Below are positions 39,171 through 51,225 of a stretch of DNA of 64,000 nt, one piece after another. The stretch is from Eledone cirrhosa (Eukaryota): NCBI GenBank assembly GCA_964016885.1, contig OZ024742.1, positions 124,744,001 to 124,808,000 of the forward strand, in the 5' to 3' direction. The position numbers were made by a program, and so were the translations under genes. Each line of letters starts with the position of its first letter. Positions within the stretch are counted from its first letter, which is position 1. The notes under the pieces are model-generated. The model did not search any database. It saw nothing but the letters and a program-made list of their open reading frames with translations, and was not told the DNA's origin.

Positions 39171-40006
39171 AATCTTTCCTTTTTCTACCACTTACATAAA
39201 TGGCACTTCGGCTACAATTAATATACTTCCATAAATTTCATTTCTTTTCTTTTGACCAGCAAAATTCTATCTTTTTGCAAATATATCCTTCAAAAGATAC
39301 AAACACCTAGTTGCCTCCATGGGCTTCCAAATTTCTATTCTACACCCTTCATCTTAAACGGTACACCCTTACTTCATCAGCTGTAAAATCGATCGTGTGA
39401 GAAACCAATTGTGTTTTAGATTATCCAAAACACTAGCAAGGCATTTCAATTCACTCCGTAGATAGCATTCCTGGTTATTGTAGTCACAGAAAAAAAACAG
39501 AGAAAAATACGTCATCTGAGAATTTTTCCGCAGAAGTAAGTATAAATGAGCGTCTCACATTCACTTAGCAGATTTAAACCTGTTGAAAAGATTCACCGTT
39601 TAGCAAATTTGGTCCATTTTCCTGACCTTAAATTCACTAACATGCACACTTTTCAAATATTGAATCCTCCCACATGCTTCTCGAATTAACTAGATTCTCT
39701 TTGATCTTGTTTTTGCTATTTCTACTCATGGTCTCTGATCCGTCCCTTCCTCTTTTTATTGGCCTAAATTGCCAGCCTACTTGTCGGTTACGTCTCAAGT
39801 TTGACAACTTTTTAACATATGTTGATTTGTGATCCTAAATCAATATTTTCGCCCTGTCTATTCTTCGCTCTTCTTCCTTTAATCTTCTGTGGATGTGTTG
39901 TCTTCCACAATAAATAATCTACTGTTTTGCACGGAACAGTTGATAATGTTCCATGCGGAAATTGCTGCATGACACTTATTACAATATATGTATATATGTG
40001 TGTGTT

Positions 40007-40880
40007 CGAGGTGGGTCAGGAAAGTTCCAGGACTGATGTCACAAAAGATTTATTTCAAACCCAAACTTCACACTAAGAGTTTTCTCCTTCAAAGTAATCC
40101 CACTGGAGTCTAATGCACTTTTCCATCCTATTCTGTCACGCTTGCATGCACTCCTGGAAGGATTCTTCCGGGATCCTCCGCAGTTCCGTCGTCACGGCAT
40201 TTTTGATGTTGTCCACGTCTTCAAAACGGGTCCCCTCCGGGTCGTACTCGAAGATCTATGACTCATCACCGGTGATGACTGTCCCTAGCAAGTCTGGTTC
40301 GGTTTCAAGACGCTCGAGGATGTCCTGGCACACTTGCATGCGTCGACCCTTCTGGTCATCGTTCAGCAGTTTTGGCACCATCTTCGCGCAGACTTTCCGC
40401 ATGTCCAAATCTTCAGTGAGAATCTTCCACACGCTGTCCCGATTCATGCCCAGCCCATTTGCTATCAGTCGAACAGTCAGCCGACGATCGATACGCACCC
40501 TCTGCCTGACGCGCTCAACGTTGACCTCAGTCCTGGTTGTTGAGGGCCTTCCGCTTCTGCGGTCATCTTCCACGTCCTCTTTAAACTTCTTTAAACCTCT
40601 TGCAACCACTCAAACACACGTGAGCGTGACATCGTCTCATCTCCATACACTTGCTGCGGCAATCCCAGTGCTTCTGACGGAGTTTTCAAGTTTGTTCGTT
40701 GCTCTATTCTCATTGCTTGACGACCTGAAACAGAGGACATGTATATAAAATTATGAAGAAAAAGGTTTGATCGCTGCAGAGAGCTAATATTACAGTTACA
40801 TACTCCAGGGGGATTAATATGAAGGAGAACACTCTTAGTGTGAAGTTTGGTTTGAAATAAATATTTTCTGACACACCTCG
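40007..40880 (-). mobile_element. Internally deleted mariner (Tc1/mariner) DNA transposon
   Basis: Imperfect ~90-bp TIRs starting CGAGGTG, TA at the right flank. Transposase remnants YGDETMSRSRVFEW, DDRRSGRP, KVCAKMVPK (WVP-like motif), ITGDES. Confidence 0.88.
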
Positions 40881-40987
40881 TATGTGTGTGCATATATACA
40901 TATATATGTATACATATATATATATTTATATGTACACACACACACACACACACACACTCACACAGACACACACACATATATATATAT

Positions 40988-43452
40988 AGTAATAATAAAT
41001 TTGAAGACAAAAATTCAAAGAGGGCTCGATAAGGATAAATATATGTCAAATATATAAGAACCGTAGAGCAAATATTTATTAAAATAACAGATTAAAGTTT
41101 AAGCAAAGAATCGCTGCTTTCACCCTTAACGGGGTCTTCTGAAACTAAAAATAAGTCAATCTGTGAACGCAGAAGTAAATATTTCAAAAAACGTTGCAAC
41201 CGAAGGAAGACAGGCAGACGATACTTTGGTTTGTGGAAACGTTCCCTGACAAAGAACGAAAAAAAACGAAGATAATACGTCATTATTTGGAGCGGTGAAA
41301 ACAATTACGCGCAAAGACAAAACCACGTTTATGGTATAAATGAAGTCGTAGATTAATATTCTATTGGGTGGAGACATTCATGAAGACATCCTCTGGCAAT
41401 GAACGAAAAAAACGAAGATAATACGTCATAATGTGGAGCGGTGGGAACAATTACACGCAAAGACAAAACCAGGTAAATGGTATAACTGAAGGCGTAGACT
41501 AAAATTCTATCTAGGAAATCGAATGATTCTCGGCTTCAGAGTTAAGAATAAAGTAAATAAAATACAGACGTAACCGAAATTAAATATATACACACACGCA
41601 TCCATATACGTACAATCACAAGCATACGCGAAAACACTCGCCATGGGTATACAAATACAAACACGTACACAGAAAAAAAACCCGCGCTCATACAGAACCC
41701 ACGCAACGCCTGTACACGCACACATACAAACGTATACACCAAATACACATAAAATATATATAAAATAAATATATATATATGTGTGTGTGTGCGCATATAT
41801 ACATATAATTAAGTGAACGTATATAAATAAATAAATACGTATATAACGCGCGCACACGCATACCTACATGTAAAACATGTATGTTCGCAGACGGACGTCA
41901 ACCAGAACACAAAGTACTCATATACACACACCCAACATACGTACGAACCCGCATACTCACGCAGACGCAAAACTCATGTGTACACATAAACAAATGCACA
42001 TGTACCAGAATATATAATATATTATATACGCCGTAACATATACAAGCAAATATACGTACGAGAAAGTATACGTACCTTCACAAAACATACAGGTAAAATA
42101 TACTTACCTATACAAATAAGTAATGGTATAAACATAACATATACTTAGCTACCACATCAAGACGTAAAATATCCGCGTATTGTTCGTACTATCCGTTAAG
42201 GTATAATGTGGGGGTGTAATACAGGAAAATTTTGTGCAATTTATGTTTACAAGCCGAAATTGCCTCATATCTTTTGTTTAAGATGTGGTCATTGGCACAG
42301 AGCATTTCCAGGGCCTCAGCAGCGCAGATGTCACATGGTCTTTTATTTCCGTTATACGATCTAGCCGTAGCTAGGATCTCCCAGTGTAACTTATATTGGG
42401 TGTGGCTGTCTTTTAGACTCCAGATATAAGATGAAAGTGACGTCATATTCCTTCTTAAAGGGTTAAGAAAAGAATGGATATGCATGTAAAGACGCTGCTT
42501 GAATCTATTGGCGGTTAACCCTATGTAGGCCCTACGGGACGCGGGTGTTTCAACCTTACATTTGTAGACAATGTTATTAGAGAAGCATTTCCCGGATAGG
42601 AGGCAGTCAACCCGGTTCCTACAATTGCAGTTAGTACTAGCTACAGGGTTGCGCATACTCCTACGGCTAGGTAATTTAGCTAAATTTGAAGCTGTGATGT
42701 TATGTCGAAGGTTAGGAGTCGTAGAATAAGACATTTTAATGGTATTTCTCTTTAAAATGTTACTATATTTATATGCTGGGGGTAAATGCTTCACAATAAG
42801 GGAGAGAATAATTCTTAACTAATGGTGTGGTCACCTCCATATTATATGGTGGGTTATACCATATAATGCGTCGGGATCTATTTTTCCTAGGTCTATTCTC
42901 GTACTCTGTATATGCTACCTTTTTGACAAATCCACTCCGAGCAAGAGCTTCATTGTAATATGGGAAATAGTTGTTGAAAATATGCTCGTTTGTAGATAGA
43001 CGGGAAAGCCTCAAAGAAACGTTTCTTACCAGGTTCTTGGTTATGCTGGCAGGATGGTTGGAATGCTTACATATGTAATTAAGCGTATCATTCGCCATTC
43101 TATAGTGATAGTGTTATCTTCTTTTTTTCCGTTCATTGCCAGAGAATGTCTCCACGAATGTATCCACCTAATAGAAATTAGTCTACGGCTTCATTTATAC
43201 CATACACGTGGTTTTGTCTTTGCGCGTAATTGTTTTCACCGCTCCAAATAATGACGTACTGTCTTCGTTTTTTTCCCTTCTTTGCCAGGGAACGTTTCCA
43301 GGAACCAAAGTATCGTCTTCCTGTCTTCCTTCGGTTGCAAAGTTCTTTGAAATATTTACTTCTGCGTTCACAGATTGACTTTTTTAGTTTCAGAAGACCC
43401 CGTTAAGGGTGAAAGCAGCGATTCTTTGCTTAAACTTTAATCTGTTATTTTA

Positions 43453-43457
<5 letters not shown>
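40988..43457 (-). mobile_element. 5'-truncated PLE (RT thumb + GIY-YIG) with 3' pLTR and inverted 5' pLTR piece
   Basis: 43110-43457 is the inverse of ~41075-41420. Flanked by (TA)n. Confidence 0.87.
42189..43098 (-). pseudogene. PLE C-terminal region with GIY-YIG endonuclease, frameshifted
   Basis: SNHP, IIWYNPPY, CNCRNRVDCLLSGKC, IVYKCKV...AYIGLT, CDIC, CKH. Confidence 0.85.
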
Positions 43458-43548
<91 letters not shown>

Positions 43549-43582
43549 ATATATATATATAAATATATATATAGATAGATAC

Positions 43583-43613
<31 letters not shown>

Positions 43614-43852
43614 GAGAGAGAGATAGAGTGTGATAGTATGGCGTTAACTGAACAGGGATGTTCGGACCACTTTATGATCTATCGGTAGTGAAGAAAATGT
43701 AAATAAGCGCTCAACGACCTGTATGAATGTTGCAAGTCAGAGCATCATATATTAATAAAAGATCGGAGGCCATATTCAGAAACCAAATCAATTGAATATG
43801 GCGGCCGATCGTAAATTACTATATATATATATAAATTCAAATATACACACAT

Positions 43853-43926
<74 letters not shown>

Positions 43927-43929
<3 letters not shown>

Positions 43930-44128
43930 AACGAGTAGGACCCCGACGGCTGAGCTCAAGCCGTTTCGACGGCTAATTCTGGAGTCCAGAATTAGCCGTT
44001 GAAACGGCTTGAGCTCAGCCGTCGGGGTCCTACTCGTTCCTATTACCCACTCTACTCTACTACCCTAAGGAATTGAGTACTTTGGTGCATTATGGTCCAC
44101 CTGGTGCCTTACCACATTTCCATCGTTA
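43927..44128. repeat. Mini-foldback of family F2
   Basis: Near-perfect inverted arms 43927-43983 and 43986-44042, plus a tail. Confidence 0.82.
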
Positions 44129-44337
44129 TATATATATAAATAAATATATATATATACATACAGAATATTTTCGAATATTCTATGTTTGTCTTCACATATA
44201 TATCGCTATTTCAGAGCATTAAATCCAAATTCTAATTTCTGCCGGACCGGCTACCGCTCTTTCAAACCAGTTCCTGTACACAGCTAAGTATTCTATAAGT
44301 CTCTAGCTGTGTCGTTCTCGATAAAAGCATTGGATAT

Positions 44338-44380
44338 GTAATTCTGATGATTTCTAATAAGAATGAAACGCGTAGGTTAC
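44338..44380 (+). ncRNA. Minimal type I hammerhead ribozyme
   Basis: GTAATT-CTGATGA-TTTCT-AATA-AGAAT-GAAACGCGTA-GGTTAC. Confidence 0.78.
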
Positions 44381-44649
44381 TTCCCTTGCTTTTATCGAGA
44401 ATCTCAAATTGTAATACGTGACGTATTCTATTCTATAGCGATTGGGTCTTCAAAATGTTTATTATAAACATACAGAATATTTTCGAATATTCTATGTTTG
44501 TCTTCACATATATATCGCTATTTCAGAGCATTAAATCCAAATTCTAATTTCTGCCGGACCGGCTACCGCTCTTTCAAACCAGTTCCTGTACACAGCTAAG
44601 TATTCTATAAGTCTCTAGCTGTGTCGTTCTCGATAAAAGCATTGGATAT

Positions 44650-44692
44650 GTAATCCTGATGATTTCTAATAAGAATGAAACGCGTAGGTTAC
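44650..44692 (+). ncRNA. Minimal type I hammerhead ribozyme
   Basis: GTAATC-CTGATGA-TTTCT-AATA-AGAAT-GAAACGCGTA-GGTTAC. Confidence 0.8.
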
Positions 44693-44849
44693 TTCCCTTG
44701 CTTTTATCGAGAATCTCAAATTGTAATACGTGACGTATTCTATTCTATAGTGATTGGGTCTTCAAAATGTTTATTATAAACATACAGAATATTTTCGAAT
44801 ATTCTATGTTTGTCTTCACATATATATCGCTATTTCAGAGCATTAAATC

Positions 44850-44932
<83 letters not shown>

Positions 44933-44940
<8 letters not shown>

Positions 44941-45817
44941 TTAGAGTTTTCACTCAGGAGTCAAATACAATTATTAAGCTCTAAGAAATACTTCTGAGCA
45001 TTACAGTACAATTTAATATAAAATTATGATCAACACTAATGTGTTTTTTTTTTGCAAATTGACAATAATTTAGCCAGATAGAAATACCTTAATTCAAGTA
45101 CATATAGTCCACCTGTATCGATCTAAAAAATAATAAATCTATACTTACAGACGTATTATGGCAACTGCCCTGGTGCCTAGACAAGTTTAAATTTCAAAAT
45201 TCAAACCTTTTCAGCAGATCAGTCTGAACTTCAAAAAATAAACCTCTTTCACAAAGGATGGTATACTAATGACATAATTAATTAATTATGGAATAACTAT
45301 TTATGAAATAATTATTAATGAAATAATCAATTTTCTGTGATTCTCAATAGGCACCCAGATAAATTAGAGTTACTTCACCTAGGATAAATATCTTAGGACT
45401 GGTCTGTCGCATGCTAAATACATGTGCTTTTGCACACGACTTTTCCCAGCACTCTGGCTCATATCCATGGCGCTAGAAATAACAGCCGTAAATATGGGAT
45501 TACGAAGGAGCAGACATATTATAATTTAGAGTTTTCACTCAGGAGTCAAATACAAATATTAAGCTCTAAGAAATACTTCTGAGCATTACAGTACAATTTA
45601 ATATAAAATTATGATCAACACTAATGTGTTTTTTTTGCAAATTGACAATAATTTAGCCAGATAGAAATACCTTAATTCAAGTACATATAGTCCGCCTGTA
45701 TCGATCTAAAAAATAATAAATCTATACTTACAGACGTATTATGGCAACTGCCCTTATTATTGTCAATTTGCCAAAAAAACACATTAGTGTTGATCATAAT
45801 TTTATATTAAATTGTAT

Positions 45818-45818
<1 letters not shown>
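44933..45818. repeat. Non-coding element with ~235-bp direct repeats (period 585) and terminal inversion
   Basis: 44936-45170 matches 45521-45752. 45755-45818 is an inverted piece. (TA)n flanks. Confidence 0.75.
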
Positions 45819-45858
<40 letters not shown>

Positions 45859-45871
45859 ATGTATATATATA

Positions 45872-46263
45872 TTAGTAAAAGGAAAAGAAAATGCTGACAC
45901 ATTTTTCCCAGTGAAAAATACTTTAATTAGGAATAAGTATAAATTAGTAATAAGTATTGGTTAGCATTCAGTTTTAGTTTTAAATTTTTACCGGTTGCGC
46001 ATTTCTAATGCTTTTCAAAAATAATTTTGAGATAGAGCGCTCGTGATGTTTACACGAGCGCTCTATCTCAAAATTATTTTTGAAAAGCATTAGAAATGGG
46101 CAACCGGTAACAATGTAAAACTAAAACTGAATACTAGCCAATAAGTATTACTAATTTATACTTGTTCCTAATTAAACTATTTTTCACTGGGAAAAATGTG
46201 TCAGATTTTATTTCCCTTTTACTAAAATATCACAACTCGTGTGTTACACCTCTACTTCTTTTG

Positions 46264-46265
<2 letters not shown>
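45872..46265. repeat. Foldback of a pLTR tip related to the 29444-34996 PLE (diverged subfamily)
   Basis: Palindrome centred at ~46048. Right arm aligns to 34780-34990, ending GTGTTACACCTCTA. Confidence 0.82.
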
Positions 46266-46347
<82 letters not shown>

Positions 46348-46387
46348 TTCAAAATATTAACAAAATAGATATTCTTGTGATCAATTA

Positions 46388-46454
46388 TATTTTATTATAC
46401 ATATTTCAGAGTTACTGAGTTAACTTCAACAGTACGTCCTCATCAGATAAAATA
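46388..46454 (-). ncRNA. Type I hammerhead ribozyme motif
   Basis: Minus strand: TATTTTAT-CTGATGA-G...TACTG/CAGTA...CT-GAAATATGTATA-ATAAAATA (8-bp stem I). Confidence 0.68.
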
Positions 46455-47805
46455 AGATGATGCATGGCATACCCTGGCATAGTAGATGGTTAAGATTTAG
46501 TCATGGTAGTATGTAGTAAAAGGGACTTTATCTGAACCGCGGCATAATGGCGATTCTTTTGCGACAGTTTTCAAGAAAATCGGACGTTCCTGTAAAAAGT
46601 TGTCCCATGTGCAACTTTGCCTTGTTTTTGCGCAAAGTCGAACCCCCGCTTCAGCTTTATTGATTTTCTACATGAATGCGTGACCTCTGAAGTAGATTTG
46701 AGTCGCTAAAAACTTGTCCCGGTAAATTTGCTATAGGTGAAAAAAAGTTGTTCAAAATTATGTCTAGGGTTATTGCCCTTTGCAACAGCTTCAACGTGTC
46801 TTCAAGTATGGTTTGTCAATTTGTTGTGGAACTAAATCGACTTTCATCAAATCTGACCGAGGAAACAACGTTTCCATTTGTCTTTCTAGCTGGTGTACCC
46901 GGTTACACTCGGGGTTATAAGGGGCTGTATTTCGGCAGGATGCTTTAACCGAAATAAACGAAGAACAAACGTTTCTGTTTGTGCTCCAATCCGTGATATT
47001 GGTATTTTAAAAAAATACTCCACAAACATCCATGGAGCATGTGTTACACATGTATCAGGTTATGAGGAAAAGGGTTTTCGATTCTCCATTCGTAAGATGC
47101 CAAAAAATTGCATGCAAATAAACCGGGATTTTAAGGCACTGCCTATTTCATAGCTGAAAGGTAAGAATCAAGTGGAATAATGTTTTGAAACATTGTCATA
47201 TGTACAACCGTACAAAAGCAAAGGATATAGCCATTGAAATCTAGGTAGACCAAAGAATTTGGCGGGGTTGTATATCAGAGGATTGTTTTCCTTGTGATTC
47301 GCGTCTAGCCTACACAGAGAAGTTGGATGATTGTAGTCGGGTTGTATCAATAAAAAGTAAAAGCATACGGAAGACTGAACTCTTACGAATTAAGTTAAAA
47401 TCACGTTGATATTCCTATCGGAGCAACATGTGCCGAAAAACCTGACGGACTGCTGTGTCAATATTGAAATCGTAGAAATTGCGAATCCCGATCTCTAAGA
47501 TGTAATGGATAGGCCTTGGAGGTGAAGAAGAAGAATTGGTACTATTGTTTTGCTGAACATGTTGACCATTAATTTAAATAGACTTACGCAGCATCATCGT
47601 GCGGTTTTGTTCTTTATGGCCTAAAATGAGGGCCGGCTAAATGCGGCAGAAAAATAAGCCATGCTGATTATGTTTGGGGGCGTTGCAGGGAATAGATGCG
47701 GCGTTGTGAGTCAATTCTTTAATTTTAATGTGTTATTTTAATAAATATATATTTATATATACATTTATGTACATATATATATATATGTATATATATACAT
47801 GTATT

Positions 47806-47879
<74 letters not shown>

Positions 47880-47881
<2 letters not shown>

Positions 47882-48075
47882 TAATAAAATAATGAATAAA
47901 CAATGAAACAGTTCCTTATATTAAAAAGAATTCATCATTTTACGATCGTTTCTAGGATATATATGTTAGTGTTGGTATGCATATCCTATAGATCTATGTA
48001 ACATTTTTACAAACTATCAGAGGGAATATACATACCTACACATATATATGCTGTCTTCAGAAATAATGATATTTG
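47880..48075. repeat. Family F1 fragment
   Basis: Homologous to 13545-13690 and 36670-36865. Confidence 0.65.
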
Positions 48076-48377
48076 TTTATTGAAAAAACCAACAAAGATT
48101 TAATACAATAGGTCTGTTTGGGAACACGTTTTGAATTGACCAATAGAAAGATAGTGAGGGTCAAGATAGGAATATAGTAGTAAAAGAATCTTAATTTATG
48201 GGTAGAGGAAGGAAGATTTCAGTTTTGAATGGAAAGAATATTATGAGTGAAAGATTATTTTAGGGATGAGAATAGGTCATATGCTGACCTCAGAAATAAT
48301 TATATTTGTTCATTGAAATAAAACCAACAAAGATTTAATATAATATATATACACATATATATATATATACATATACA

Positions 48378-51050
48378 ATGATATTAAATAAATGGAAACT
48401 ATTTTTATAAAACTATATTTATTTTATTATATATATTTCATGGGTACGAAGACACATTGATACGCTTTCATGAGATAAAATACAAAGTTTGTTTTATAAA
48501 TAGAGACATACCCATGAAAATCATACCTTATCGGTTGGAAATTCACTTATGTGTTAATATGCAAATGAATATTTAAATAATTGAAAAACAACCCTTTATT
48601 CAAACTACTATGGAGAGAGAGAAGAGATAGTAGGTGAGGGTAAAATAGTGCTAGAGAGAGAGAAGAAAAACAAGAGAAGGTAAATAAAACTCATATAACG
48701 TTAATTTGAGGGAAATATATTCTAAGTATATATCTTAATAGTACATGTATTTACGATTATAATTTTTTAAAATGTGTTTATAATATATTTTTCTTCTGTT
48801 ATAAGTAGATAAATAAATAAATAAATACATAAATAAATAAAATAAATAAATAAATAAATAGATGGGTATATCATGTTATAGATAATTGTTCTAATGAGTT
48901 ATGGGGGATATTGGTTTCGTATTTAATGTAAATAAATATTAAGTTAAATTAAATTAAAATGGGAATATACGGAAAAAACTCCGGTTTAACTTATTTATTC
49001 ATTAGTGTGAGACTATTTAGTTAAAATAAGTATAGATGTTGAAAGATACATTTAGCCAGAATCAGTTAGTGGTTATAAATTTATTGAAAAAATATTGATA
49101 CAGTATTGAAAAAATAATGAAAATGTATTGAAAAAATATTGAAAAATTTGAGAAATTTTTAAAAAAAATTATAAGAGATAAGTAATTTTAAAGAAATAAA
49201 AATTAAAGAAATAAAAATAAAGAAATAAAAATTATTAAAATTAAAATTAAAATTATTTAAACTCTTATAATTATATACGCATATATTTTATGAAACTTTA
49301 AGAAGTGGAATTATAGCAAATGTTATAGATATTATGATTTAGAGATATCAATATATTAAAACCAAGTGGATGAGATTGTTATGGAAATAAGTAGAAATAT
49401 TATAAGTATAATTCATAAGTTATATATAGTTCTGAATGTTGAAATCAGGCGATGTCTACAAGAATTAACTAAATTCGTTCTTAGATAATAGAGTTGTTAC
49501 ATTTCAGTATGAAAAAAATTTCATCAATACATAATTTGCAGAATCTAGATAAAGCTGTGTTCCAGTACGCGGATGCTTTTTGAAATTATTTCCCAACCTA
49601 ATGAATAGTCCATATTCTTGCATTTTAAGTTCCATATCAAGTTTGAAAGAGAAGTTGAAGATTTGTTATCAAATATTCGGAGAGTACCCTCATACTGAAA
49701 CAGAGCTTTATCTAGATTGTGCAAATTATGTATTGAGGAAATTTTTTTCATACTTAAATGTAAAAACTCTATTAATCTAAGAACGAATTTATTTAATTCT
49801 TGGAGACATCGCCTGATTTCAACATTCAGAACTATATATAACTTATAAATTATACTTATAATATTTCTACTTATTTCCATAACAATCTCATCCACTTGGT
49901 TTTAATATATTGATATCTCTAAATCATAATATCTATAACATTTTCTATAATTCCACTTCTTAAAGTTTCATTATAAGATTTTTTTTTATTTTAATTTTAA
50001 TTTTTATTTTAATTTAAAATTTTAATAATTTTTATTTCTTTATTTTTATTTCTTTAATTTTTATTTCTTTAAAATTACTTATCTCTTATAATTTATTTTT
50101 TTAAAAATTTCTCAAGTTATTCAATATTTTTCAATATATTTTCAATATTTTTTCAATGCTGTATCAACTTTTTTCAATATTTTTCAATAGATTTATAACC
50201 ACTAACTGATTCTGGTTAAATGTATCTTTCAACATCTATACTTATTTTAACTAAATAGTCTCACACTAATGAATAAATAAATTAAACCGGAGATTTTGCC
50301 GTATATTCCCATTTTAATTTAATTTAACTTAATATTTATTTACATTAAATACAAAACCAATATCCTTTATAACTCATTAGAACAATTATCTATAACATGA
50401 TATACCCATCTATTTATTTATTTTATTTATTTATGTATATATTTATTTATTTATTTATCTTCTTATAACAGAAGAAAAATATTATATTATAAACAAATAT
50501 TATATTATAAACAAATATTATATTATAAACAAATATTATATTATAAACAAATATTATATTATAAACAAATATTATATTATAAACAAATATTATATTATAA
50601 ACAAATATTATATTATAAACAAATTTTAAACAAATAGTAATCGTAAATATACGTACTATTAAGATATATACTTAGAATATATTTCCCACAAATTAACTTT
50701 ATATGAGTTTATTTATCTTCTCTTATTTTTTCTTCTCTCTCTAGCACTATTTCATACTCACCTCCTATCTCTTCTCTCTCTCCATAGTCGTTTAAATAAA
50801 TGGTTGTTTTTCAATTATTTATATATTCATTTGCATATTAACACATAAGTTTGAAAAATCCCTAATATATTTCTACTATCCAGTGAATTTCCAACCGATA
50901 AGGTATGATTTTCATGGGTATGTCTCTATTTATAAAATAAAATTTGTATTTTATCGGATGAAAGCGTATCAATGTGTCTTCGTACCCTTGAAATAGATAT
51001 AATAAAACAAATATGTTTTATAAATATAGTTTCCATTTATTTAAAATCAT
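48378..51050. mobile_element. ~2.7-kb imperfect foldback of a PLE 3' end (GIY-YIG tail + AT-rich pLTR)
   Basis: Arms ~48380-49565 and 49690-51050. Centre encodes TSLSNLIWNLK...WEII...LRTNLVNSCRHR (minus), similar to the 53812 ORF. Confidence 0.8.
50478..50625. repeat. 18-bp minisatellite (AAACAAATATTATATTAT) x~8
   Basis: Direct inspection; present in one arm of the foldback only. Confidence 0.85.
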
Positions 51051-51138
51051 TGAATATTTACACCAGTAAACCGTTGAGTGCTCTAAACATTTATATTTGT
51101 TGGACTTCCAACAAAGTAAATACCTATTCTACTTATGT

Positions 51139-51225
<87 letters not shown>

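Larger units (their letters stand above)
44156..44853 (+). mobile_element. 312-bp tandem repeat (2.2 units) with one minimal HHR per unit: retrozyme-like element
   Basis: CAGAATATTTTCG recurs at 44161, 44473 and 44785. HHRs at 44338 and 44650. Flanked by (TA)n. Confidence 0.8.
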
